The position numbers and the translations under genes are program-made. DNA of 64,000 nucleotides from an uncultured Pseudomonadota bacterium (lineage in GTDB: Bacteria; Myxococcota_A; UBA796; SXON01): assembly GCA_903921785.1 (NCBI GenBank), contig CAIXRH010000045.1, positions 4,366-68,365 of the forward strand, read 5' to 3'. The notes under the pieces were generated by a model. The model ran no database searches and had not been told where the DNA came from. It saw only the letters and a list, made by a program, of their open reading frames with translations. Of this stretch, positions 46,510 through 55,857 are shown piece after piece. How positions within the stretch are numbered: position 1 is the stretch's first letter; each line of letters begins with the position of its first letter.

Positions 46510-47349
46510 CTACGCTGGCTCGGTGTCGTGGAACGCGTCCAGGTTCAAGGTGAACACCCCGTCGGCGCCCTCCGTGAGGATGTCGCGGTGGCGGACGCCG
46601 AACTGGATGTCCCCGTCGGCGTAGACGTGGGTGGCGTGCACCGGCTGGAGCGTGAGGTCGTCGACGCCGGTGACGAAGAGGTGGAGCTCCACCTCCTCGG
46701 CCGCCAGCCGGGCGGCATCGTAGCCGACGAGCGGACTATCGGCGGTGATCGGGTGTAAGAGCGTGAACGAGCGGGTGAGCGCGGCGGTCCACTCGCGGGC
46801 CAGCGGCAGGTCGATCATCCGGTAGAAGACCCCGCCCTCCGGGAGCTGCTCCGTGCGCACCATCGCCAGCCGGAAGCGGGCGTCGGCGATGCGGTTCTCC
46901 CGCTCGTTGCCGACCCGGATCATCAGGGTGGTGACCCCATTGTGCCCCGCGATCACCGCCTGGCGCGAGAACATCACCCGGGCGACCGTGCGCCCGAACT
47001 TGGTGAAGACCAGCCCCGTCGCGACCGCGGTCACGACCAGCCCGGTCACGGACTCGGCGACCACGAGGAGGTGCGCCGCATCGGTAGCGGGGGCCATCCC
47101 GCCGTACCCGATGGTGCCCATGGTCTGCACGCTGAAGTAGAACGCGTCCCGCCAGACGCCCGGCCGCAAGCCGCTGACGCCGCCCACGAGCCAGTACGCA
47201 GTGCCGAAGAGCGCGTTGAGCGACAGGTATCCGCCGACGATGGCGCCAAGCGCCTGCGCCCAGGACGCGCGGAGGAACCAGTGCAGTAGATCGTGGGCCG
47301 ACGCGCGCGGCGCGCCGAGCACCCGCACGGTGAAGGGAGGCTGGGCCAT
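46510..47349 (-). CDS. inward-rectifier-type K+ channel (KirBac-like)
   Basis: It has two TM helices flanking a pore helix with the selectivity filter SVQTMGTIGYGGM. The beta-rich cytoplasmic Kir domain follows (LMIRVGNERENRIADARFRL...). Confidence 0.85.
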   Translation of the reverse strand: MAQPPFTVRVLGAPRASAHDLLHWFLRASWAQALGAIVGGYLSLNALFGTAYWLVGGVSGLRPGVWRDAFYFSVQTMGTIGYGGMAPATDAAHLLVVAESVTGLVVTAVATGLVFTKFGRTVARVMFSRQAVIAGHNGVTTLMIRVGNERENRIADARFRLAMVRTEQLPEGGVFYRMIDLPLAREWTAALTRSFTLLHPITADSPLVGYDAARLAAEEVELHLFVTGVDDLTLQPVHATHVYADGDIQFGVRHRDILTEGADGVFTLNLDAFHDTEPA

Positions 47350-47444
47350 GGGGCCAGGGCGTATCCGACGCGCCCCTCGAAAAGCACCCTCCCCTCCACC
47401 GCCCGCTCCGTACGGGCTACGTACCCGGACTCCCCGCGCTCCCC

Positions 47445-49055
47445 ATGCTCCTGCTGCTCCTCGCCGCCTGCGACAGCCCTGCTCCGCCGGTCACGCCCCC
47501 TGCGCCTGCTGCGTCGCCCCCGGCCGCGGTGCAGACCACGGCGCCCGCGTCGTGCACCCTCCTCGCGGTGAACGACACCTACCGGATCGAGCCGAACGCG
47601 GACGGAAGCGGCGGAATGGCCCGCCTCGCCGCGCTGCGCGCCGACCTCGCGAAACAGGGGGACGTGGTGCTGCTGCACGCCGGCGACTTCCTCTACCCCT
47701 CGCTGATGAGCCGCCTGTACAAGGGCGCCCAGATGGTCGAAGTGCTCAACGTGCTCGACGGCAACGCCGCGGCCGCCGACCCCAAGATGTTCGTGACCTT
47801 CGGCAACCACGAGTTCGACGCCTCCAAGCAGAAGGACGCGGCAGCCCTCGCCGAGCGCATCACCGGCTCCCAGTTCACCTGGCTCGGCAGCAACGTCCGG
47901 TTCAAGGCCGACGCGGGCCTGCCCGCCCGAGGCACCGGCAACCTCGCCGACACCGCCACCGTGGCCTGTGGCGACCTCAAGCTCGGCATCTTCAGCGTGA
48001 CTACCGAGAAGAAGTCCGCCGAGTACCTGGATGGTTTCGACGATGCGGCGACGACTGCCCGCCGCGCCGCCGCCGAACTGCGCGCCGCCGGCGCCGACGT
48101 GGTCGTCGCGCTGACCCACCAGTCCGTGGACGAAGACAAGGCGATGCTCGCCGCGCTGGGGGAGGCCGGCCCCGATCTGGTGATCGGAGGTCATGAGCAC
48201 AACCACGTACAGGTGGCCGTCGACGGGCGCCCGATCTACAAGGCGGACGCCGACGCGGAGAGCGCTTGGCGGGTGGTCGTGCAGCGCGGCAACGGGGGGG
48301 GCGCGGTGCGGGAGGCGGAGCTCCTCGAGCTGTCCGCCTCGCTGCCCGAGAACCCGATGGTGCGGGAGATCGTGGACGCGCGCATCCGCAAACACGACGC
48401 CGACTTCTGCGCCGCGCGCAGCGAAGCGCCGGGGTGCCTCTCCGCTGAGCTCGGCAGCAGCACCGTGCCCCTTGTGGCCTCCGAGCTGGAGATCCGCCGC
48501 TTCGAGACCAACCTCGGCGACTGGATCGCCGACCGCGCCCGCGACGCCTTCCCCGACGCCCAGATCGCGATGATCAACAGCGGCTCGCTCCGGTTGAACC
48601 ATGACCTCGCCGCCGGTCCGATCCCCCGCCAGGCCGTCGAGGAGCTCTTCGCGTACCCCACACCGCTTGTTCGCATCGAGATCGACGGCGCCACCCTGGA
48701 GAAGGTCTTGGCTCGCTCCGCCGAGGATTGGACGGGGAACGGCAACTGGCTGCAGGTCTCTGGCCTGGCGTTCGTGCATGACCCGGCGACGACGAGCGGG
48801 AGCCGGCTCACGCTCCTGTCCACCCGCAAGACGATCGCGCCCACCGACAAGCTGGTGGCCGTCGTGCCCGGCTACCTCGTGGACCCCTCGGGCGACCGCG
48901 ACGGCTACACCATGCTGCCCAACATCGCCGCCCCGACCGGTCCGGACCTCAAGGACCTAGTGGTGAAGGCGCTGGCCGCGGGACCGATCGCGCCGGTGTT
49001 GGAGGGGCGGATCTGCAACCCGGAGCGTCCGGGTCCGTGCCTCGCGGCGCCGTGA
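47445..49055 (+). CDS. 5'-nucleotidase/UshA-like bifunctional metallophosphatase lipoprotein
   Basis: It begins MLLLLLAAC (lipobox). The calcineurin-like motifs are AVNDTY, HAGDFL, GNHEFD and GGHEH. A C-terminal 5'-nucleotidase substrate-binding-like domain follows. Confidence 0.85.
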   Translation: MLLLLLAACDSPAPPVTPPAPAASPPAAVQTTAPASCTLLAVNDTYRIEPNADGSGGMARLAALRADLAKQGDVVLLHAGDFLYPSLMSRLYKGAQMVEVLNVLDGNAAAADPKMFVTFGNHEFDASKQKDAAALAERITGSQFTWLGSNVRFKADAGLPARGTGNLADTATVACGDLKLGIFSVTTEKKSAEYLDGFDDAATTARRAAAELRAAGADVVVALTHQSVDEDKAMLAALGEAGPDLVIGGHEHNHVQVAVDGRPIYKADADAESAWRVVVQRGNGGGAVREAELLELSASLPENPMVREIVDARIRKHDADFCAARSEAPGCLSAELGSSTVPLVASELEIRRFETNLGDWIADRARDAFPDAQIAMINSGSLRLNHDLAAGPIPRQAVEELFAYPTPLVRIEIDGATLEKVLARSAEDWTGNGNWLQVSGLAFVHDPATTSGSRLTLLSTRKTIAPTDKLVAVVPGYLVDPSGDRDGYTMLPNIAAPTGPDLKDLVVKALAAGPIAPVLEGRICNPERPGPCLAAP

Positions 49056-49061
49056 GCCGGC

Positions 49062-51095
49062 TCAGTGCACCAGCTCCCGGAAAACCTCCGGGAGCCGCGC
49101 CGGGAGCTGATCCGGGTCGTCCAACTCCAGGAAGCGGCCCGCGCCGAAGATCTCCGTGAGGTAGCGGCTCGCGCCGGCCTCGGCGTCCAGCGACACGCAG
49201 TAGACGTGAACGCCGAGCCGACGCGCTTCGGCGACGGCCATCGCGGTGTCCCGGATGCCCTTGCGCCCGCGGTAGTCCCCACGATCCTCGGGTTTTCCGT
49301 CGGAGACGACCATGAGAATCCGCCGGGACTCCGCGCGCTGGTCGAGCAGCCAGGCCGCGTGGCGGATGAACGCCCCCATCCGGGTGGCGCCGTTGGGGCG
49401 GAGGTTCGCCATACGCTTGTGGACGGGCTCGCCGTAGCCTTCGTCGAACCCCTTGAGCCGCCAGAGCTGGCAGTCCTGGGGGTGGGTGTTGCCGAAGCCG
49501 TAGAAGGCGTGCGGGAAGCCGAGGGTGCGGAGGCCCTCGGCAAAGAGCACGATCGACGTCTGTTCCAGGTGGATCACGTGCCCCTGGGTGCTCCCCGAGA
49601 GGTCGACCATCGTGAGGATCGCCACCGACTGCTTCGCGCGGATGTACCGGCGGAAGATGCGCTCGTCGGGGGACTGGCCGCCGGCGACGTCGGTCAGCGC
49701 GAGGATGGCGCGGTTGAGGTCCACCTCGGGGCCGTCCGGCTGGCCGCCAACCCAACGTTCTTCCACCCGTAAGGCGGCGAAGCGGCGGCGGATCTGCTTG
49801 ATCTGGGTGGCGTTGGCCTCCACGATGCGCTCGTACGTGCCGAGCGGGCCCGTGGGCGCCTCCGGGGTGAAGACCCGCGTGGCGTCGAGCTGGTAGACCC
49901 CGGCGGCGTCGTCCCACTCGTCCCAGGACTTCCCGCCGTCCTCCGACGGCTTCTCGGGCGTGTCGCTGGTGAGGGCGGCGGGGTCGGCGCCGGCGGACCA
50001 CTGCGCGGCGCCGTAGCGCACCTCCCGGGAGGCTTCCTGGGCTTCGTCGCGGAGCTTGCCGTAGGCGGGCGCGTTGTTCGCCGGGGCGGGCGGGCCGCTG
50101 AGCTTGGCGAACAGCCGGGCGCGGAGGCCCTGGCGGGGTGCATCGGGGGCGGGCGGGGCGTCGGCGACCGGGCCGCGGCGGGCCACCGCGTCGAGGAGCT
50201 GCCGAAGCGGCTTGTTCCCCTTCTTCCACTCGTTCTCCGCGACGAAGTCGCGGGCGAGGTCGGCGAGGATCCACTCGGGGCGGAGGATGCCCACGAAGAA
50301 AGGCAGCGGCGGCGGGCCGAGGCGGAGGCGGCGGAAGGTCTCGCGGAGCCGCTGCGCCTGGCCGAGGAGCACCGGCACCGCGCCGCGTTCGCCGATGCGG
50401 TCCACCGCCTGGATCGCCTCCCGCGCGGGATCCCCTTCCGGGCCAGGCGTGCGCCAGTTCAGGCACACGGTGAGGCCGTCGTAGAGCGGGATGAACGCCG
50501 GAGGCAGGCCGTCCCGGGGGACCTCGGTGAGGTTCACCCGCAGGGTGCCGGCCTTCTCCAGGTAGGGCACGCGGGCGAGGTCTTCGCGGAGGCCGGGCCA
50601 CTGCTCCACCCACCGGCGAAGCACGTAGCGGGCAGCGAGGAGGTGGAAGGCGCTGCGGAGCACCCAGTCACGGTAGAGCTCGCCGAGCACATGCCGCTCG
50701 TCGAGCAGGCCGAACCGGGAGAACCCGAGCTGCACGAGGCCGGCGGCGCGGAAGACCAGCAGGTCGTCGGGCGACTCGGGCGCGGGCATCGCCTTCGGGA
50801 GGTAGATCGTCTCGTTATCGGTACACGCCGGGTCGCTGTGGCCGATGCGCACCGGCCGGCCCGAGAACATCGTGAACAGGGCGGCGAGCTGGCGATTCAC
50901 CCGGTCCAGCCGCAGCCCGTGGCGCTCGCCCGAGGTGAGCTGGCGCTCCGGCGGGGCGAAGAGGAAGCGGCGGAGGAGCGCGAGCTCGGCCTCCTCGTCG
51001 GTCTCCGCGGCGAGGCCGAGCGCGGCCTCGTCCACGTCGTACTCCTCCATCGTCTCGCGGAGGAGGTCCTCGGGGCGGACGGTGGGGGCGGGCAT
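49062..51095 (-). CDS. CbbO/NorD-type von Willebrand factor A domain protein
   Basis: 677 aa. The C-terminal VWA domain has the MIDAS motif (ILTMVDLSGST...VVSDGKPED...VYCVSLD). The long helical N-terminal region is as in NorD/CbbO. Its start lies 1 nt downstream of the AAA+ gene stop. Confidence 0.85.
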   Translation of the reverse strand: MPAPTVRPEDLLRETMEEYDVDEAALGLAAETDEEAELALLRRFLFAPPERQLTSGERHGLRLDRVNRQLAALFTMFSGRPVRIGHSDPACTDNETIYLPKAMPAPESPDDLLVFRAAGLVQLGFSRFGLLDERHVLGELYRDWVLRSAFHLLAARYVLRRWVEQWPGLREDLARVPYLEKAGTLRVNLTEVPRDGLPPAFIPLYDGLTVCLNWRTPGPEGDPAREAIQAVDRIGERGAVPVLLGQAQRLRETFRRLRLGPPPLPFFVGILRPEWILADLARDFVAENEWKKGNKPLRQLLDAVARRGPVADAPPAPDAPRQGLRARLFAKLSGPPAPANNAPAYGKLRDEAQEASREVRYGAAQWSAGADPAALTSDTPEKPSEDGGKSWDEWDDAAGVYQLDATRVFTPEAPTGPLGTYERIVEANATQIKQIRRRFAALRVEERWVGGQPDGPEVDLNRAILALTDVAGGQSPDERIFRRYIRAKQSVAILTMVDLSGSTQGHVIHLEQTSIVLFAEGLRTLGFPHAFYGFGNTHPQDCQLWRLKGFDEGYGEPVHKRMANLRPNGATRMGAFIRHAAWLLDQRAESRRILMVVSDGKPEDRGDYRGRKGIRDTAMAVAEARRLGVHVYCVSLDAEAGASRYLTEIFGAGRFLELDDPDQLPARLPEVFRELVH

Positions 51096-51096
51096 G

Positions 51097-51867
51097 CTAG
51101 CCGAGCACGCTCTTCACGAGCTCACGGAGCGCCTTGGTCATCTCAGCGTCGTCCGTGAGCGAGCCGACCAGCGTGGCCTCCGCGGCCTCCTTCAGGCTCA
51201 GCCCGGCGACCACGAGCTCCCCGGCGTACACCAGCATGCGGGTGCTCGCGCCCTCGCCGAGCCCGTGGCTCCGGAGGTTGCGCGAGCCGCGCCCCAGCTT
51301 CACCAATTGCGCCGCCACCTCGGGCGAACACGCGCTCTCGGCCACCACGATCTCCGCCTCGATCTCCGGCGACGGGTAGTCGAACGTGAGCGACACGAAG
51401 CGCTGCCGGGTGCTCTCCTTCAGCTCCTTGCTGATCGCCTGGTACCCGGGGTTGTAGCTGATCACCACCAGGAAGTCATCCGGCGCGTGGAGCTCCTCGC
51501 CGAGGCGGTCGAGCGGCAGGGAGCGCCGGTCGTCGGTGAGCGGGTGGAGCACGGTCATCACGTCGGCGCGCGCCTCCACCACCTCGTCCAGGTAGCAGAT
51601 GGCGCCCTGGCGCACGGCGCGGGTGAGCGGGCCGTCCCGCCACACGGTGCTGCCGCCTTCGAGGAGGAACCGGCCGGTGAGGTCGGCCGCCGCGAGGTCC
51701 TCCTGGCAGGCCACGGTGATGAGCGGGCGGCCGAGCTTCTCCGCCATGTGGCGCACGAAGCGGGTCTTCCCGCAGCCGGTCGGCCCCTTGAGCAGCACCG
51801 GCAGCTTCCGCCGGGCCGCGGTCTCGAATACGGCGACCTCGTTGCCGTGCGGTCGGTAGTACACCAT
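51097..51867 (-). CDS. CbbQ/NorQ/NirQ-type MoxR-class AAA+ ATPase
   Basis: Track ORF 51097..52683 trimmed to the ATG at 51867 (256 aa). It has Walker [11 protein letters not shown], Walker B ICYLDEV and the CbbQ-like C-terminal region. Confidence 0.9.
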   Translation of the reverse strand: MVYYRPHGNEVAVFETAARRKLPVLLKGPTGCGKTRFVRHMAEKLGRPLITVACQEDLAAADLTGRFLLEGGSTVWRDGPLTRAVRQGAICYLDEVVEARADVMTVLHPLTDDRRSLPLDRLGEELHAPDDFLVVISYNPGYQAISKELKESTRQRFVSLTFDYPSPEIEAEIVVAESACSPEVAAQLVKLGRGSRNLRSHGLGEGASTRMLVYAGELVVAGLSLKEAAEATLVGSLTDDAEMTKALRELVKSVLG

Positions 51868-51966
51868 GGGTCGCAGGTAGCGCGGCGGCCGGGCCGGGGC
51901 GAGGGCGGGCGTCGGGCCGGGCGACCGCGGGTAGCGACGCACACGGTTCGCAGCTACAGTCGCCCT

Positions 51967-52833
51967 GTGCCGCCTCCGACGCCGATGACCACGCTCCGCC
52001 ACCCGCTGCCGTGGCTGGCCGCGGCGCTCATCGCCGGCAACGACTTCGTGCTCCGCGGGGTCGCGCCGGGGTGGCTCACCGGGAAGCTCTCCGACGTGGG
52101 CTGGCTGGTCGTCGTGCCGGTGCTCGCGGCCGCAGCGCTCTCCGGGCTCGGCGTCCATGCCCGCCGGGCCGAACGGGCGGCGCTCGCGGCGACGGCTGCG
52201 TTCTACGCGGTGCTGCAGCTCTGGCCGCCGCTTGGCGCCTGGTTCTCCGCGGCGCACGTGGCCGACGTGGGCGATCTCGTCGCGCTCCCGGCGCTCCTCC
52301 TCGCCGTCGTCGCCTGGCGCACGCCCGGATGGCGCCTCCCGGTTCCCGCCCTCCTCGCCGCCCCCGTCTTCGCCAGCGTGCTCCTGGCCGACGGCCTCAC
52401 GTCTCCGTCCGAGGGGAGCGCGCCCTGCGAGGCCACGCCCGTCTGGCCCACCGCTGCCCCGTTCCGCGTGGAGCTCGACGCCGCCTACGATCCCCAGGGC
52501 GACCGGTTCCGGCGTGGGCTCCACCTCGTGGACGGCGAGGGGAACGAGCTCGCCCTCGTGGTGGCGGACGACACCTGGCCCACCGCAGTCTGTGCACGTG
52601 AGGGGCTCGAGCCCAACACGACGTACTCCCTCGCCATCGGCCCCTGGGACGAAGGATCGGCGAACGACGCCCCGATCGACCACCCCGGCCTGGGCACGGT
52701 GACCTTCACCACCGACGACAGCGCAGGGGCGCCGGCCGACGACTCCGATGCCTGCTTCGCGCTATCGGAAGATTACGAGCTCTCCGAGGAGGACGAGGAT
52801 CTCTGCTGGTTCGCCCCGGGCGTGCCCGGGTGA
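51967..52833 (+). CDS. duplicated module gene A1: five-TM inner-membrane protein with periplasmic Ig-like domain and acidic Cys-containing tail
   Basis: The GTG at 51967 is conserved in the paralog. There are five predicted TM helices with positive loops ([15 protein letters not shown]) on one side. The soluble domain has an [13 protein letters not shown]-type Ig-like strand pattern. The tail reads [22 protein letters not shown]. Confidence 0.7.
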   Translation: MPPPTPMTTLRHPLPWLAAALIAGNDFVLRGVAPGWLTGKLSDVGWLVVVPVLAAAALSGLGVHARRAERAALAATAAFYAVLQLWPPLGAWFSAAHVADVGDLVALPALLLAVVAWRTPGWRLPVPALLAAPVFASVLLADGLTSPSEGSAPCEATPVWPTAAPFRVELDAAYDPQGDRFRRGLHLVDGEGNELALVVADDTWPTAVCAREGLEPNTTYSLAIGPWDEGSANDAPIDHPGLGTVTFTTDDSAGAPADDSDACFALSEDYELSEEDEDLCWFAPGVPG

Positions 52834-53666
52834 CCTTTTTCGTGCTCCCCGTGCTCCCGACGCTGGCCAGCCTCGCCTGGGCAGACGACCCGGCTCCGCC
52901 CAGCCCGCTCCCGCTCCCCGAGGACCCGGCGCTGCACGAAGAGCCAATCCTCAACCGCATCCGGTTCACGCCGCATGCGCGCCTCTCGTTCTCCGGGTTC
53001 CGTCTCCAGCTCCCGGCCGGCCGCCCGGCGCTCTCCGCGCGCCTCGCGCTCGTCGCCGACCCCATCGGACTCGGCATCGGCGAGCTCACCCTCCGCGGCC
53101 AGGCCGGGTGGACGTGGTTCGCGGTCGACGCCGAGGTGGTCGTCGCCGGTGCAGTGGCGGACGAATGGAGCCGGAAGGGGTTCGGGAACGCAAGGTTCAA
53201 CGCGGCGATCGTCTTCGGGCCCGCCGAGGCCACCAACACGCTCGGCGTTCAGGTGACGGTGCCTCGCCCGTGGTACGAAGGCGCCGACACGATCAGCTTC
53301 TGGGGGAGCGTGCCGGAGGCGACGATCGGCGCACCGGGCGCCTCGATCGTCTACTCCGGCACCACGGGCGCGCTCGGCTGGCATCTGCAGACGGGCCTGC
53401 GCGACGCCAGGAGCGGGAACTCCGCCGCGTTCACCCCCATTGACCTGGAGGCGATGATCGCCTACGAAGCGCCGCTCGTGCCGGGATGGGCGCTGGTCAC
53501 CGAGGCGGAGGCCGCCCTCGGCGCGAGCCCGTTCCAGCTCCGGGTGCTGGCCCGGGGCACGCCCGGCCGCGGCTGGACCGCGGACGTGGGCCTGGTCGCG
53601 CCGATCCCGTCGATCTTCACGGCGCCTTCACTGCAGGTGGTCTCCCAGGTGGCCCGGCGGTTCTGA
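52830..53666 (+). CDS. duplicated module gene B1: putative outer-membrane beta-barrel protein
   Basis: The GTG start overlaps the A1 stop (GTGA). It has the signal peptide [18 protein letters not shown] and an amphipathic strand pattern, and ends ...SLQVVSQVARRF. Confidence 0.7.
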   Translation: MTFFVLPVLPTLASLAWADDPAPPSPLPLPEDPALHEEPILNRIRFTPHARLSFSGFRLQLPAGRPALSARLALVADPIGLGIGELTLRGQAGWTWFAVDAEVVVAGAVADEWSRKGFGNARFNAAIVFGPAEATNTLGVQVTVPRPWYEGADTISFWGSVPEATIGAPGASIVYSGTTGALGWHLQTGLRDARSGNSAAFTPIDLEAMIAYEAPLVPGWALVTEAEAALGASPFQLRVLARGTPGRGWTADVGLVAPIPSIFTAPSLQVVSQVARRF

Positions 53667-53677
53667 CGGGGCGAGGC

Positions 53678-53744
53678 AGGGTTTCACGGTTGTTCCCCCT
53701 CCCGGCCCCCCTCCAACCTCGCGAGCCAGGACCGACGTCGGCGC
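53678..53744 (-). repeat. repeat family B, copy 3 (inverted)
   Basis: The reverse complement reads GGCGCCGACGTCGGTCCTGGCTCGCGAGGTTGGAGGGGGGCCGGGAGGGGGAACAACCGTGAAACCC. It lies 11 nt after the B1 stop, between the two duplicated modules. Confidence 0.75.
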
Positions 53745-53859
53745 CGGAGCCGGAGAACCCCCGGAACCGGCGGCGCCGCGGCCGCCGCGCCAACGGCTCC
53801 ATCCCCGGGTCGGGCGTCCCGCTATGGCGACAAGTCAGGTTCGCGGCTACAGTCGCCCT

Positions 53860-54723
53860 GTGCCGCCTCCGACGCCGATCACCGCGCTCCGCCACCCGCT
53901 GCCGTGGCTGGCCGCGGTGCTCATCGTGGGCAACGACTTCGTGCTCCGCGGGGTCGCGCCGGGGTGGCTCACCGGGAAGCTCGCCGACGTGGGCTGGCTG
54001 GTCGTCGTGCCGGTGCTCGCCGCCGCCGCGCTCTCCGGGCTCGGCGTCGGCGCCCGCCGGGCGGAGCGGGCGGCGCTCGTGGCGACGGCGGTGTTCTACA
54101 CGGCGCTGCAGCTCTGGCCGCCGCTGGGCGCGTGGTTCTCCGCGTCGCACGTAGCCGACTTGGGCGATCTCCTCGCGCTGCCAGCGCTCCTCCTGGCCGT
54201 CGTCGCCTGGCGCACGCCCCGACTCGCCCTGCCCGTGCCCGCGGCTCCCGCGTTGCCCGCCTTCACCGCCGTGCTCCTTGCGGATACGCCGGCTGAGCCG
54301 ATGGACGCGAGCTGGCCCTGCGAGGCGACGCCGACCTGGCCGACGGCCGCCCCGCTGCGCTTCGAGCTCGACGCGATCTACGACATCTACGGCGACCGTT
54401 TTCATCGCGGAGTCCACCTCGTGGACGAGGACGGCGTGGAGGTCCCGCTGGTGATCTCGGCCGACGCCTGGCCCGATGCGCTCTGCGCGAGAGACGGGCT
54501 GGAGCCCAACACCAGCTACACCCTCACCATCGGCCCCTGGAGCGAAGGGTCGGCGAACGACACCCCGATTGACCATCCGGGGCTTCCCGCGGTCACCTTC
54601 ACCACCGACGACAGCCCGGGGGAGCCGGCCGCGGACGCGGACGCCTGCGCGGCGCTGGCAGAGGACTTCCCACTTCCGGAGGAAGACGAGGAGCTCTGCG
54701 CGGAGCCCGAGGAAGCCGCTTGA
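53860..54723 (+). CDS. duplicated module gene A2 (paralog of A1)
   Basis: Track ORF 53824..54723. I prefer the GTG at 53860 because the upstream DNA (GGTTCGCRGCTACAGTCGCCCTGTGCCGCC) is conserved with the A1 start. Most residues are identical to A1 by eye, especially in the TM region. Confidence 0.7.
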   Translation: MPPPTPITALRHPLPWLAAVLIVGNDFVLRGVAPGWLTGKLADVGWLVVVPVLAAAALSGLGVGARRAERAALVATAVFYTALQLWPPLGAWFSASHVADLGDLLALPALLLAVVAWRTPRLALPVPAAPALPAFTAVLLADTPAEPMDASWPCEATPTWPTAAPLRFELDAIYDIYGDRFHRGVHLVDEDGVEVPLVISADAWPDALCARDGLEPNTSYTLTIGPWSEGSANDTPIDHPGLPAVTFTTDDSPGEPAADADACAALAEDFPLPEEDEELCAEPEEAA

Positions 54724-55562
54724 CGACGCTCTCGCCGCTCGGCTGGATGCTCGCTGGGGGAATGACCGTGGCCCGCGCCGACGAGCCCGCACCGCCCGGC
54801 CCGCTCCCGCTCCCCGACGATCCGGCGCTGCGCGAGGAGCCGGTCCTCAACCGGATCCGCTTCGTTCCCCACGCCCGGCTGTCGTTCTCGGGCTTCCGGC
54901 TCCAACTGCCCACCGGCCGCCCGGCGCTCTCCGCGCGCCTCGCGCTCGTGGCGGACCCCATCGGCCTCGGCATCGGCGAGCTGACCCTCCGCGGCCAGGC
55001 CGGCTGGACGTGGTTCGCCCTCGACGCCGAGGTCGTCGTCGCGGGGGCCGTGGCGGACGGCTGGAGTCGTAAGGGGCTCGGGAACGCGAAGCTCAACGCG
55101 GCGGTCGTCTTCGGGCCCGCCGCGGTCACCAACACCCTCGGCCTCCAGGTGACGTTGCCGAAGCCGGAGTACTCGGGGGCGGAGATGCTCAGCTTCTGGG
55201 GTACGGTTCCGGCGGCGACGGTGCGAGCAGGGGGGCTCGCGATCGCCTACACGGGCACCACCGGCGCGCTCGCGTGGCACCTCCAGACGGGGCTCTGGTA
55301 CTTCCCCATCGTCAACGGATCCGCGCTCAGCGCGGTGGACCTCGAGGCCATGGTCGCCTACGAGGCGCCGCTCGCGCCGGGCTGGGCGCTGGTCACCGAG
55401 GCGGAGGCCGCCCTCGGCGCCAGCCCGTTCCAGGTCCGCGTGCTGGCCCGGGGCACGCCCGGCCGCGGCTGGACCGCGGACGTGGGCCTGGTCGCCCCGA
55501 TCCCGTCGATCTTCACGGCGCCTTCGCTGCAGGTGGTGTCCCAGGTGGGCCGGCGGTTCTGA
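54720..55562 (+). CDS. duplicated module gene B2 (paralog of B1)
   Basis: The TTG start called by the track overlaps the A2 stop. Long stretches are identical to B1, e.g. the last 70 aa or so including APIPSIFTAPSLQVVSQVxRRF. Confidence 0.7.
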   Translation: MTTLSPLGWMLAGGMTVARADEPAPPGPLPLPDDPALREEPVLNRIRFVPHARLSFSGFRLQLPTGRPALSARLALVADPIGLGIGELTLRGQAGWTWFALDAEVVVAGAVADGWSRKGLGNAKLNAAVVFGPAAVTNTLGLQVTLPKPEYSGAEMLSFWGTVPAATVRAGGLAIAYTGTTGALAWHLQTGLWYFPIVNGSALSAVDLEAMVAYEAPLAPGWALVTEAEAALGASPFQVRVLARGTPGRGWTADVGLVAPIPSIFTAPSLQVVSQVGRRF

Positions 55563-55582
55563 CGCTGGAGGACGAGGCGGAC

Positions 55583-55614
55583 GGCGGCGGCCTCCCTACC
55601 GGAGGCCCGCCGCC
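55583..55614 (+). terminator. GC-rich hairpin after the second module (terminator-like, no U-tract)
   Basis: GGCGGCGGCCTCC (55583-55595), loop CTACC, GGAGGCCCGCCGCC (55601-55614), with one bulged C. It lies 20 nt after the stop at 55562. Confidence 0.35.
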
Positions 55615-55857
55615 GCGTGCGCCATGGCTGGCAGCAGCGGTGCGAGCGTTCCGGACCTACACGGTCCTGCGGACCGCCGGGACGCGCCACCCGGCGCTTC
55701 CACCCCCTGCCGTTGCGCCGCCGGGCGGTCGAGTTGCACACGGAGAACCACGGACCCGGGCCGCGCCATACTCTCCGGGAGGAGGCCCGTAACATCCCAG
55801 AGAACCCGGAGGTTGGATGGATGTGGTAGGCTGCGCCCGACCCCGGGGAACGAGCCG

